DNA of 64,000 nt. It comes from Podospora anserina (Eukaryota). Shown one piece after another: positions 36,232-48,451 of the stretch. Every line of letters begins with the position of its first letter. Positions within the stretch are counted from its first letter, which is position 1. The stretch covers positions 5,704,001-5,768,000 of the forward strand of contig CM030332.1 in assembly GCA_017654855.1 (NCBI GenBank). The letters are read 5' to 3'. The notes under the pieces were generated by a model. The model was given only the letters and a program-made list of their open reading frames with translations. It searched no databases and was not told the DNA's origin. Made by a program: the position numbers and the translations under genes.

Positions 36232-38253
36232 TTACTGGTGGAGATCCTCCGCCTCCCTTCTCATCAAAATCTTGTCACCATTCAGGGTACCCCCAGCCTT
36301 GGGGGTCTTGATAATCCCAGCCTCAACCAAATCCAACGCCAACTTGGTCAACAAACCATCGCAGCCCTTGGCAGCCATGACAGAGACGCCGACAGGGAAG
36401 AACTCATCATGGTTGGAGATGGCACTGAACCCTGTAACTTCACCCAGAGGGAAGACCACGTCGGGAATCTCGGCGTAAACACTGATTCTGCCGGCACTGA
36501 AGCCGAAGGGAACTCCAGGCTGGCTGCGATAGCGGTTGCGGGGATTCTGACCACCTTGTGAAGAAACGTAGAGGAACAGACCGGAAGAGCACTGCTTCTC
36601 ATCATCGACAGGGGGCAGAATCTTCTCGTTGAACCAGGACATGAAGGTCGACTTTGCACGATAGGCCTCCTGGAGGACATCGTCCCCAATTGAGTCGCCG
36701 TAGCCCCAGCGGCTGAGAGGGACAGGGTTGACGAATGGGCGGCGGCCGTCGTTGGCAGCTGCATACAGAGTTAGCGTAGATCACTTCGAGGAGTCAGGGG
36801 AAGTCATGCCAGCATAGTCACGGTAGAAGGGCTCACGAACAAGCTCAATCTGCTCCTTGGTGATGAGGGTGGCGTAGGTAGTGTTCAACAGCTGAGAGAC
36901 GGTAAGAGCACCGGCTTCAGCAGGCTTGGACGCAGCCCACTCGCCCTCAAGGTTCAAAGGCGTCAGGCTGCCGCTGACGAACTTTGCAAGAGAGTCGGCA
37001 AAGTCGAGAAGAATCTTTTGAGCATCAGTTCTCGCCGAAGTAGGAAAGTTGTAAGTCCAGATCTTGGTGGGATAGCTGGGCTTGGTCTTGGCGAGAGACT
37101 TGTAGTTCTTGCCATACATAGCTGCCTGGGCGTCCTCCCAGATCTGAGGGTCACGGACAAGGAAGCCGGGGGTGTCAAGAGTGGGAGAAAGAGGCATGAC
37201 ATTGTCCAGCGAGACCAGATTATGAGAGGGACGGTTGCCAAACAGACCCTGAACACCAGCTGGGCCACGAACAGACCCACCAGTATCACTGCCAAGGGCG
37301 ATGTCGAGCCACTCGTAAGCCGCAACCGAGGCACCAGCACCCGACGAGGATGAGGAAGTATCCTGATACCCATCACCCCTGGGGTTGAATGGAGCGTGGT
37401 AGTCAACCCAGTCCGAAGTAGCAGACTCGCCGTTGGCGAACTGGGAGGTCTTTTGAAGACCAACAACCACCGCACCGGCATCGATGAGATTCTGAACGGC
37501 AGGGCCGGTGTAGTTGCTGGCAGGGTAAAGGTTGTACCAGGCACGGTTTCCGTTAGAACCCTTCACGCCCGCCAGGCGGTAGATATCCTTGATACCGATG
37601 CGGACACCGGCGAGAGGCTTCTCGGCTGTCTTGGTGTAGTAGAGCCTGGATGGAACACCGATGGTGAGGGATGCAGAGCCGCTCGTCTGGGCAGATAGGG
37701 GCTGGAACTTGCCCTCGGGGGTGGGGATCAGAGACTCGACAAAGGCTCCAGCGAAATCTTCGTACAGGCGGTAGACGGGATACACAGACCCGGTGCTGAC
37801 CTCGAGGAAGTATGGGCCGCTGGGAATCTTGGTGCTCTTCACCGAGACGATCGACTTGCTATCCTTCTTGGGGGCCCTCTCAGCGACGACATTCCTAGGC
37901 TTTTTGCCCTTCGACTCGGCCACAAAGACAGCATCGGCAAAGGCGTCTTGATAGACATCATCCGTCTGTGCCCAGGTTGACAGCAGGCCGGTGAGATCCT
38001 TCTCAGAGACACCTTCCTGGTTCACGACGGTTACAGGCTTGAACCCGAGCACGCTTGGGGCCTTGAGGTTGCACAAAGTCTTCTTCGAAACATCGAGCTT
38101 CCCCGAGGAGAAGGGGGAGATGTAGTAGTCGACGTCGTTGAAGTTGACTGAGAGGCCGGTGGATGCGAGTTTGGCCGAGGCCAGGTTTGCAACAAAGGAG
38201 AGAACGGAGAAGCTCAAGGCGCGAGCCGAGAGCTTTCTGTCAGAGATGGCCAT
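36232..38253 (-). CDS. Amidase-signature family enzyme, probably secreted
   Basis: PLAGVRIGIKDIY, SSSSSGAG, GSDTGGSVRGPA (Lys-Ser-Ser triad). GC-AG intron 36759-36809 restores the frame to the C-terminal exon. Confidence 0.9.
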
Positions 38254-38544
38254 TTTGAAGGAGGGTAAGGTGAGGATGAGAGGCACAAGCTGGGTGCTTG
38301 AGCTTCAGATCAGGGCTTGCGATCAATCATCATCATATATACCCCCCGCTCAATCCGCTACTCGCATCCTCGCGCTCAAATGTCGTTGATAGCAACCCCT
38401 GAAGGTGATGCTTTGACCCTAGGCATCATCTCACACCGGGTTCTTGGCCATGATTTCCCGCAAGTCCCGACGTTGGTGAAGGCATCCACCAACAGCCACC
38501 ATCGTCGGGCACAAACGGGAACACCTGCCCGTCTTGCACCTAGC

Positions 38545-38886
38545 CTTATCGTTGACAGTCGAGGTTTACCAGCTCCGCGGATCCGGGATTGGAAGAGGCC
38601 CGTCACTTGGCGGTACGGAATCGATGTTTATTGGCCAATGGCGGACTTATCGTGTTAAGACACGCTATTGAACCCCAGAATACGATATTCCATGCAAGAG
38701 CGTGGCGGTGGGGGTGAGAAATGACGACACTGGAGCTTTTTCACGCTTTCTGGAAATGGGCATCTGATAAGAATGGGGTTGTTAACTTGTGGTCAATTTT
38801 GTTTGTATTTTGAACCGTGATAAGGGTGGGTGTTGTGATGCCTTATGGGGCTTCATCTTAACCACTCCACTGTCGCGATAAGATAG
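38545..38886. promoter_or_regulatory. Cluster of GATAAG sites upstream of the amidase (putative AreA/NIT2 nitrogen regulation)
   Basis: CTTATC at 38545 and 38646; GATAAG at ~38766, 38819 and 38877; AGATAG at 38881. Confidence 0.5.
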
Positions 38887-39810
38887 GCAATAAGAAGCTG
38901 GTGAAGATGCTGGTGATATAGGTAAAGTTCTTGACTAAAACTCGGGATTCCAGGCAACAGGTAAGCAAATGCGGTTGTGAACCCGACTGAAGTCCGAGTT
39001 CATTCGTACCTAAGCTCGATGTAAAAGGTTGAAGAGCCTCACCGTCTTACTGGGGTGCTTGGTGGTGGGTTGCGTTGCGAACAGGAAAGTGGGGATTGCT
39101 ATGCAAAGACGTTGGAAGGTGGGCAGGCCTTCGAACCATCGTGAGCAGTTCTCATATACCCTATTGAGGTCCTGCAAACCGTCACCCATATCGTTTCCAT
39201 TGATGCATCCTGAGGTGAACTTGAGGCCTTTCTGACAAACAGTCTCAGTTGCCGGTCTACCGGGTCTGGGCCCTGTAAATGCGGAGGAGGCCCGTGCAGG
39301 AAGCCGAACCCGAGTGTGGGGGTCAACGGCCCGCAGGGGCAACCGTTGAGCACGGGATTTCGAGAGTTCCGACCACTTCAACATCAACGTCAACAACACC
39401 AGTGGTGTGGTGATCAACGTTCGGCACATCTGGTGTATAAAGACGGGACTCCTCAGATTTATGAAGACACCTCTGTGGCCGAGGGAGACTCGTGATATTT
39501 GATGCGCTCCAGTTAGAGACAGCTGAACATGGAAACGTGCAGCTTCAAGTCTCTTCGATACTGCTGCCATCCGAACGATGACCACGGTGCAGAAATGCGT
39601 TCCCAATCGGTTGGCCGGCAGAACTTTGCCAGTTCCAAACTGGAAGCGTTGGTTTCCGTCCCGTCCAATACAACGGTGGCTGTTTCGGTGCAACATGCGG
39701 CAGGAGCCCCTCACTTGAACACATCGTCAAATTCGGCCTCACCTTGAACTTCTCCTAGCACACCTCAGAAGTAACATCAAAAACCTAGGAATACACTAAT
39801 TCAGGAACAA

Positions 39811-41376
39811 ATGGCCGCCCTCGTGATAGGGTTGGGCGCCGCCTCGCTCCTTCTCCTGACTTATACCTACCTCTCGCGTCTCAGCAGCATCCTGAAAAGC
39901 ACCCCCGAAGCAGTATTGAAGGTGTCTCCGAAAAGATGGACCAAAGAAGAGCTGCGACAGGCATATCAGCGCCTCGAAAAGAATCTTATTACCACCAAAA
40001 GCTATGCAGATCGCATTCCCCCCAAGTTGGATAGACGATACATCATCACTGGGGGTTCTGGTGCGTAGCCCGGCTCAATTGTAGGTCGCAAGATCGCTTC
40101 TAACATCAAAACCACAGGTCTTGTTGGTGGCTACATTGTCCTACAGCTTCTGGAACGTGGTCAATCTCCAGAAAGCATTCGTATCGTGGAGTTTCGGCCT
40201 CTCAACCGGGCTGACATGCTCAGTGGGCCAGCATCAACGGTCGACTTTGTCAAGGCAGACATCTCCTCAGCCGAGTCCACTAACAATGCCTTTGAGAAAT
40301 CATGGCCATCCTCTGTTGCTCACCTTCCCTTGACGGTCTTTCACACAGCGGCAGTCATTGTGCCATCGGACCGGTCCAAACTCGTCTACGGTCTCTGTGA
40401 AAGTGTCAATGTTCGGGGCACCCGGAATGTCCTCGACGCAGCTCGCAAAGCCGGGGCCGATGTACTGATCTCGACATCCTCTGGCGGCGTCAGTATTCGC
40501 CCCATTGAACTCTGGATCTCACCTGTAGAGTTACTCCTGTCACCCAAGAATAAGCTCCCCGAGATAAAGAACTACCTCCAAGTCATGGACGAAAAGGACT
40601 TCTTTGAGCCACCCCGCAAGCACGAAGAGCACTTTGCCAACTACGCCGTCTCCAAAGCCAGGGCTGAGAGAATAGTGTGTGGTGCCAACAGCCCCGAGCT
40701 CCGAACTGGAAGCATCAGACCAGCAAACGGTGTCTACGGGCAACCAGGCGACAATACCCTCGGGGGCTCTCTCGCCATGAGCGACTGCCCCACCTGGTGT
40801 GCGCACATCATCCAACCCTTCGTCCACGGCATCAACGTCGCCATTGCCCACCTTGACTATGAGGCCGTCCTGGCTGCTAACCCCAAAGCACCACAAGCTG
40901 GCCGCCCCTTCATGATCACCGACCCTAACCCTCCCATCAGCTACATCGACATGTATCTAGCTATCGAGACGCTGGCTACCACTCCGTTCAAGCTCATTCG
41001 TTTGCCTCCGCTGCCAATGTGGTTTCTTTCCTACATTGTCGAGTGGTACTCCCTCTTGCCGGTCAAATACCCCTTCTTGAGAAGGATTCTGCCTGAGCTC
41101 AAGGGGGATATCAAGCACATGAAGCCTGGTTTGTTCAGTGTTACTACTCACATGGTAGCTACGAACGAGAATGCCAGTCGGTCTGTTGATGAGGGGGGGT
41201 TGGGGTTTAGGGGGGTGGTGACGACCCTGGAGGGTATGGTGCAGGAGATTGTGGAGTGGAATGTCGAGCACAAGGGGGAGAAGAAGGCCAAGAAGTTCCA
41301 GACGAGTATTTCGTTTGCGGAGGAGATTGCAAAGGCGGCCGAGGCGGCGGGGGTGATGGAGAAGATGGGGAAGTGA
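39811..41376 (+). CDS. 3-beta-hydroxysteroid dehydrogenase / NAD-dependent epimerase family (extended SDR) with N-terminal membrane anchor
   Basis: ITGGSG|LVGG across an intron, VFHTAA, VNVRGT, YAVSKARAE, IRPANGVYG. Confidence 0.88.
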
Positions 41377-41790
41377 TCGTGGAGGAATGATATGCCCCTT
41401 ACGTAGGCTTTCGAAGTATTTGATAGGAACCGAATCGTTGTAATTCCAAATGATTAGCCTTCTTTGGATCATCATTCTCACAGTCATCGTGTGCTGACTT
41501 GCTGTTCTGAGGTGCCAGTCCTTTTCCGGAGGACACGCTCAGAACTGCTGTGCGCTCATACCTCGTCCATACTCGCATCGCACATGGGCAAACTGCATGA
41601 ACCCCTCGGCATCGAGTAACCACAAGCAAGGGGAGGGGGTATCAACGAATTATATTTCCCAGTTCTGTCCCAAAATAAAAACTCCTTTGCCTGCTTCGTA
41701 AAACACAAACCCCCATTTGTCCCACGGGACGGCCCGTCCCTTCTTCCCGGCCTCTTGTGACGATGTAAACCAAGCACTCAGGAGAACATC

Positions 41791-42492
41791 TCACCCACAG
41801 CAAACAGTAGGCTCATCAATCCCACCCCCCACCAGCCCCCCGTTCTTCACCGCCGCCGTTCCATCCGCCCCAATCACCACCGTCCTGGTCATCCAATCAC
41901 ACAAGAACTTGCCCAGCAACGCCCCGATCAAAATGCTAATAATCACATACCCATTATAATACATAGCCAACAACATGATAATATACGCCAGCCCAAAAGT
42001 AGCAGTGTGGATCAACGAGCGGATAAGCTGCTGCAGTGGGCTCGCGCGGAAAGTGACTGTCTGAGGAGCAACCGCTTCGTTTGACGACGACGAGGCAGCA
42101 CCGGGGCATGACGGCGCGGCGGAAGAGGGGGCAAGACCGCCGTTAGCGATCAGTGCTACCCTTGCCGCAAAGTCCCGCTGGATGTGCTCGTCGTATTCCT
42201 TGCCAATGCGGCGGAGGGCTTCGAGGAGGATGACCATCAGGATGACGCCTATGCAGGTGGCCGCGAAAGCGCCGTTGGTGGTGATGTGCCATGAAGAGGA
42301 GAGGAAGCAGGCGTCGATTGTGTACCAGTTCCAGAGCATCTGTTCCCCCCCCCAAAAAAACCATGGTTAGTTTACTTGCTCAGACAGACTAGCGTAATGG
42401 TGAATGGATTGGGTTTGCTGGCGCGCGCAACGTACGGAGATTTTGCAGGCGGGGCCGTCGCCCATGCCGCCGCCGTGGCCGGAGTGTGACAT
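41791..42492 (-). CDS. ctr3: Ctr-family high-affinity copper transporter (Ctr3-like)
   Basis: MSHSGHGGGMGDGPACKIS|MLWNWYTIDACFLSSSWHI; MxxxM motif MLLAM followed by YYNG...GALLG; C-terminal CCG. Confidence 0.9.
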
Positions 42493-43022
42493 TGTGAGTG
42501 TTTTCAGAGGGATTAAGTTATATAAGGATATTCTTGTCGTTTGCCGCGGGTGATCCGATTTAAACGAGGGAGTGCGATCGGGAGGCTCGAGGTTCTCACG
42601 AGGAGGGAAACGATGGTGTATTTAACAGCGGCGGCAACGAGTGCGGAGCGGAGGGTGCTGTTAGTTGGCTTGAAACTGACCACGCCTCGTTGGAGAACTT
42701 GTGCACGAGGCGCGGCGAAATTGCAAGAGATCAGAAGAGAAGAGAGGTGAGATGCGATTAAGCCCAGATATGCAAGACAAGCTCTGTTGGTAGAACAGCT
42801 TGAGGTTAAGTCGAGGTGTGTTGTTGTCTTGTGCTGCTGCCCCTCATCCCGCGTTGGTGGTTGGGATCACCGGACCTTTTTGGACGTTGCGCAACCGAGA
42901 GTCAAGACAACTAACGCTTTTCACTGTTCGGTGAGGTGCTGCCGACACCGCCCTTCGTATCTTCTCTTTTCAAGGCCCTTCATCCGGAGTCCCTATCGAA
43001 GTGGTGCAATTGCTGGGCATTT

Positions 43023-43296
43023 TGAGCAGATATGCGCCAGAATATCAAGGACCACAGCTTCCAAAAGCGTTCGACAGCTCGCTGCCAAGCAAGCACGGTG
43101 CGCCCCACGGCACAGGGATCACAGGATCACAGGGGGTCCCGAGCAGGGGCGGCGATTGGGCCACTGTCCGCTACAGCAGGGTGATCCGGGAAGTTCCCCC
43201 AGCGGTACCCACTGCTGATGCAGAAACGTGCTCAAAGATGCTCACCATTTTCCTCGTGGGCACGGTGGGACATCACGAACCCCAAAAACATGAGCA
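43023..43296. promoter_or_regulatory. Four TGCTCA cores (Mac1/GRISEA-type copper-response elements) in the shared divergent promoter
   Basis: TGAGCA at 43023 and 43291, TGCTCA at 43229 and 43239, between the Ctr and reductase start codons. Confidence 0.5.
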
Positions 43297-43825
43297 GCAG
43301 GAAGGAATAACCTGATATCTATCAAGGTTCCCGAGAGCGGCGATATGGAATCCGGGCAATCCAATTCGCCGCCTTTAGCTGTTCGCTTCCAGAAAACGCC
43401 CCCCTGAAGGGCAGAATACCGAGAGCTGCACCCCGCGGATTCAGCACATGCATCTCTTGGGATTTGGGACGAGGTCTTGGAACCTGCTCGCGATTACACC
43501 AAACTCCACACACATCACTTGGCGATGTTACCCGGGCGGGAAGAGGACGGCAACAGAGCCGCCAGATTCCACCTTACAGAGACGAATTCGGAACCCAGGT
43601 CCCGACGCTGGCATTGGGCCTAGATATATTACCAGACCGCTCCCGGGGGGTGCGGGTGGCGATGGAGTGGTATAAGGACAGACATCATCCCGGTTTGATG
43701 CCACATGGTGCTGAGACATTCTCCATTCCGGAACCTTTTGGCCGTCACCATCTCCAGCTCCCAAGTGCTGTCTCCAAGATAACTGGGAGTAGAGACAGAG
43801 CCGCCGGGCTTATCCTCCAAGCACC

Positions 43826-45787
43826 ATGGAGTCGCTCACAACCCCAAACTCCATCCTTCGGCGTCAGCACATCCAGAACTTCTCAGAAGCCTCCCAACTA
43901 GAGCCTCACTGGGGGTACGCCTACCGTGTAGTCCCCTGCACAAACGACCCAGGGTCATGCGCCTACCTAGACGTGGTCTATGACGCCCACGATGCAGGCA
44001 TGCTATACACGGGCATCTTCTGGGCCACCGTCCTGGGCATCCTCCTCATCTGGGGCATCGGTCGCCGTGTCTTCCCAGCCCGAGAACCAGTCGACGACCT
44101 CCTCGCCCAGCTATCCACCAACGAATCAACCCCCCAACGTCCCAAACCCAGCTTCCTCTCCCGTTCCTTTGGCGCGGTCGCCTCCTCCGTTAGACACCAC
44201 CTCCTCCCCACCGCTCCCCTAAGGACCATCTTCGGGCACACTACCCGCCTCCAACTCGTCATCCTCGCCGTCTTGACAAGCTACCTATCCATCTGGTCCT
44301 TTGTGGGAATCGTCTACGGGAAATGGGTAACCCCCATCAAAGGCCAGCCAGCAGACGTAGTCAACACGCGCACCTCCCTCGGCCCCTGGGCCGACCGCGT
44401 CGGCGTCCTCGCCTACGCGCTCACCCCCTTATCCGTCCTCTTTGCCGCCAGAGAGTCGATCCTCTCAGCCGTCACCGGCGTCCCATACACCTCCTTCATG
44501 TTCCTTCACAAATGGACCGGCTACATCATCCTCGTGCAATCCCTCCTCCACACTCTAGGTTGGGTCCTGATCGAAGGCTGGCTGTACAAACCCCAACCCG
44601 ACGTCTGGAACAAGTGGGTGGTGCAGGAATACGCCATCTGGGGCTTCGTCGCCCTCGGCCTCCTCGTCCTCCTGTGGATCTGCTCCTTCCAGTGGGTCAT
44701 CAAGAACATCACCGGGTACGAATTCTTCCGCAAGGCGCACTACGTCATGGCCATGGTCTACATTGGGGCGTTGATCGGTCACTGGGAGGAACTGCAGTGT
44801 TTTCTCGTGCCCGGTATTGTCCTTTGGGTGGTTGACCGGCTTGCCAGATTAGTGCGGATGGGGATGTTGCACTGTGGGTACCAGCGCAAGGAAGGACGGT
44901 GGGGGTTTTCCAGTGCCGAGGCGGAAGCAAAGTTCTGGAAGGATGAGAGGTTTGGGGATGTGGTTAGGTTGGATTTTGAGCATCATCAGAAGGCGTGGAG
45001 TATTGGGCAGCACTTCTTTTTGTGTTTTACCGAGGGGAGTCTGTGGCAGAGTCATCCTTTTACTCCGTTGTCGCTCCCTCAGATTAACAACGTTGGGGAC
45101 GTCAAGCATTCGTATATTTTCCGGGCGAAGGGGGGGGAGACGAGGAAGATTGCGAGGGTGATTGAGGAGAAGTTGAAGGAGCAGAAGGAAGGGAGGACGA
45201 CGACGAATGTGGTGCTTCAGGGGCCGTATGGGGAGAATATTGTGGAGGGCTTGACGCAGGATGTGAATGTGCTTTGCGTGGCTGGTGGAACGGGAATTAC
45301 CTATGTCCTGCCTGTTTTGTTGAGATTGGTGAGGGAGAAGGTGAACCCCGACAGGAAGATCGAGTTGGTCTGGGCGGTGAAGAGAAAGCAGGATCTTGAA
45401 TGGGTTGAGCCAGAGTTGGAGGAGTTGAGGAGGCTGGGTGTTGTGCATGGATTGCAGATTCGAATTTTTGTTACTGCTGAGGATGTTGCTCCTGGAGCCA
45501 GGACGACAACCGGCGATGAGAAGAAGGTGTCGGAGGATGTCGACTCCAAGTCGGTGTCTGTGGGCAGTGACGAAAGCCAGAACCAGCGGCCTGACGTCAA
45601 TGTGGCTGTCAATGAGTTTGTCGCCAACGTCGCTCAGGGCTCCACGCGCGTTTTTGGTAGCGGGCCACCGAGCATGATCACGGAGCTGCGTGAGGCTGTT
45701 GCGCAAAGAAACTCTGGATCGAAGGTGTGGAAGGGTGAGGGGAGATTTGACGTTCGTCTTGTTTGCGATGATCGGTTGGAATGGTGA
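43826..45787 (+). CDS. Ferric/cupric reductase transmembrane component (FRE family)
   Basis: Heme His pairs (FLHKW...LLHT, YEFFRKAH...IGH), FAD motif QSHPFT, GPYG, NADPH motif AGGTGIT. Confidence 0.93.
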   Translation: MESLTTPNSILRRQHIQNFSEASQLEPHWGYAYRVVPCTNDPGSCAYLDVVYDAHDAGMLYTGIFWATVLGILLIWGIGRRVFPAREPVDDLLAQLSTNESTPQRPKPSFLSRSFGAVASSVRHHLLPTAPLRTIFGHTTRLQLVILAVLTSYLSIWSFVGIVYGKWVTPIKGQPADVVNTRTSLGPWADRVGVLAYALTPLSVLFAARESILSAVTGVPYTSFMFLHKWTGYIILVQSLLHTLGWVLIEGWLYKPQPDVWNKWVVQEYAIWGFVALGLLVLLWICSFQWVIKNITGYEFFRKAHYVMAMVYIGALIGHWEELQCFLVPGIVLWVVDRLARLVRMGMLHCGYQRKEGRWGFSSAEAEAKFWKDERFGDVVRLDFEHHQKAWSIGQHFFLCFTEGSLWQSHPFTPLSLPQINNVGDVKHSYIFRAKGGETRKIARVIEEKLKEQKEGRTTTNVVLQGPYGENIVEGLTQDVNVLCVAGGTGITYVLPVLLRLVREKVNPDRKIELVWAVKRKQDLEWVEPELEELRRLGVVHGLQIRIFVTAEDVAPGARTTTGDEKKVSEDVDSKSVSVGSDESQNQRPDVNVAVNEFVANVAQGSTRVFGSGPPSMITELREAVAQRNSGSKVWKGEGRFDVRLVCDDRLEW

Positions 45788-45977
45788 TTGATACCCCTTT
45801 TGTTATTTGTTCTAGAATAAGCGCCGTATAATATTCATGCTTTCTTTTGAGCCTTTCTTCCAAACCGCCTGCAGTGCCCATACACTCATGTCTCGCGATT
45901 ATCTACAGATCCCCCATATCATCCCCATACATCATGTCACCTGCATCAAAAGTTAGCAACAACTCACACTAAGCCCA

Positions 45978-47750
45978 TCAGACATCAGTACCCCTCGCTT
46001 TGTGCCACTCCTCAACCCAAGCCTTCACAAACTCTGCCTCCGCCTTCTGCACGTCAGCCACCGGCTTGGGCGGTAACCCAGGTCTAGTCTCATTAGGAAA
46101 CAACCCATTCTCATCCCAGTGATGCACACCCTTCTCGATGAGAATAAACGGTTCGGAAACAGTGCTCTCCCGCCCTGGCAGCCCAATCCTATGAGGCGAT
46201 GCCGCACGCCAGGGATCCCATTCTCCATCAACATGAGCCAGGCGAGGGTAGCTGATGTTCACACCGCCATGCTTGTTGATCCTTTCCACCTGAGAAGGAG
46301 TCGTAATGTTGAACGCCTCCCGACAGACAGTGGACGTGAACTCGAGGTTGATCAATCGTGAGATGAGCGGGAGTTGATCAGCAGGGACACCAGAGCCAGT
46401 TTGGAGGTAGCCCCATCTAGTCGCAAAGAATGTCAGCCAGATGTTCAAGATTGCAAGAACAGAAGAATGACTCACTCGAAACAATACTGATAAGCCCACA
46501 GCCTCCACTCCTGCGTGATATCATCCTGCTGGTAAAACTTCGAATCATAATTCGTGAAGCACTCGTCCTGGCTCTTCCCTCTTCGTTTGCACCCTTTTAC
46601 AGCTGTGGCATCGACATACCCAATGTAATTGAGCAGCTGATTTACTAGCTTCACTTCATCATAGCCACCCACGGCGAGAAGTTCTTTTGCCTCCTCCCGC
46701 TCGGCGATCCCGGGGTAGAGGACCTCGGTCGAGCTGATATTCCCACAGTAATGTCCAAACTCGGTACTGTTGACCGCCGGATCCCAATTCAAGCCTTGAA
46801 GTCCGGCTATTCCCTGGGCAATGGCATTGGCAAAGTCATCGTTTCTGGTGATATTGCCTAGCCCAAAGATATTCTTGACCCGTTGTGGGTATTCGGTGTC
46901 GGTGTGGTTGATCAACACATTATCGATCGCATGAGTAAGCTTCTGAGTAGCCTCTATACATTCCCTAGGTCCATAAATCCGGGCGGCCTCGTAGTACTCC
47001 CAATAGTCATAGATCGCCTCGGGAACACCAGAGGAGGCAATGGCGCCCCAATAGACGTCTGGGTAGAGCTTGCGGAGAAAGGCAACGACTGATCCGGCGT
47101 AGGAGCCACCGTAGGCAATGTAAGGGACGTTGTGAGAGGTGAGGTTCAAGTGTTCAAGGCCGGGGAAGACGACATTTTGGGCAAAGTATGCTTGATCAGC
47201 TAGGGCTTGATCCGTAGTCAAGAAGCGAAGGTTTTTGGTGCTGAAGTCGTCAGTGGGGTGGCTTTCGCCGTAGTAGCGGTGTTCAAAAATGACACCCAAC
47301 CCGTTTGTTGCCTGGGAGAGCTGGGCTACGATGCCCTTTTGCAGATATCGAAGACGACCAGCTCCGTCGGTCTCACCGCCTTGGAGGACGATGACCGGAC
47401 CGCCGGGTTGGTAGTGGCTCGCGTCGAACCAGTATCGGAGAAGGAAGGTCTCGTTGGTGTGTGGTTCATAGATGGAGTCATTGTGGAAGTGATCAATGGG
47501 CATTTGGATGGTTTGGGCTGGGTAGAGCTTTTCAAGGTCGGTGTCTCTGGGGTGGATGAGGGCAGTTCTCATCTCTCGCTCCTCCATCTGGAATTGGTGT
47601 CAACCAACGAGCTCACACATGCATGAAATTGGGACCGCTCACCTGCTCCTTGAAGTCCCCCAGAGTCAAGGAAGTCCTAAAACCCTTGTATCCATTTACA
47701 ACAGGCGCAACAAGCGCCACGCTGGCCAGGAGATATTGTAATATCGTCAT
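45978..47750 (-). CDS. Secreted S28 serine peptidase (prolyl carboxypeptidase-like), 3 exons
   Basis: Signal exon MTILQYLLASVALVAPVVNG; PIDHF, EHRYYGES, LTTDQALAD, GGSYAG, DGEWDPW, GVHHWD. Confidence 0.92.
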
Positions 47751-48451
47751 CTTGTGTCATGCACTCAAACCACCAAGAAGATGAAATACCTACTCACCTG
47801 TCTTGGCCCAAGGGGCTTATTCCACCCCTTATACCCCACTCTCGTCCAGAGGTCAGTCCCTCTCTCCTCAAGTCTCCGCCTTTTCCTTGTGCAATCCTCT
47901 GGGGTCGTCGGCCTTGCACAGCACACAAGGCCCGGGAATAATTCGCCCTGGTGAGATGGATAAGCGGGTGCAAACAGGGAAGGTAACACGCAACTCACTG
48001 GTCGTTGGACCTCAGCTTCCTGATCAGGTCAGGAGGATCGTCCGAGGTGGTGGTGATGTTGGAGTTCGTATGCTGTGTTTACATCAGCGCGTTGCAGGAG
48101 GGAGGACGACATCGGTGAGCGAGGTTGAGGTCAAGGTGGATGTGCTGTTCGGCAGTTCTCGACGCCCACCGGGAGGACCCTGTCGCAATCGCTTGGCTCC
48201 CCGCATGGCGCTAAACAGCCGCTGCCAAGGACGATATGTACAGGGGGGGTGGGGGTCAATTGAAGATGGGATGATGGTGAAGTCCGATGAAGCTTCTTTT
48301 TGATGGAAAGGAACAGACAAGACATTAAACCCTTCACAAATGACCCCTTTCATCATCTTAAGCAAAATCTAATTTTTTACGCCTCCCCCCCCTCCCCCCC
48401 CCCAGGACACCAAAGCTGAAGCAATCCCGCCCAATCTCTGGACACCACCCC

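Noticed and set aside
39010-39714. 234-aa minus-strand ORF between the amidase and the 3-beta-HSD gene
   Set aside because: Non-ATG start, atypical composition, and it lies in a divergent promoter region.
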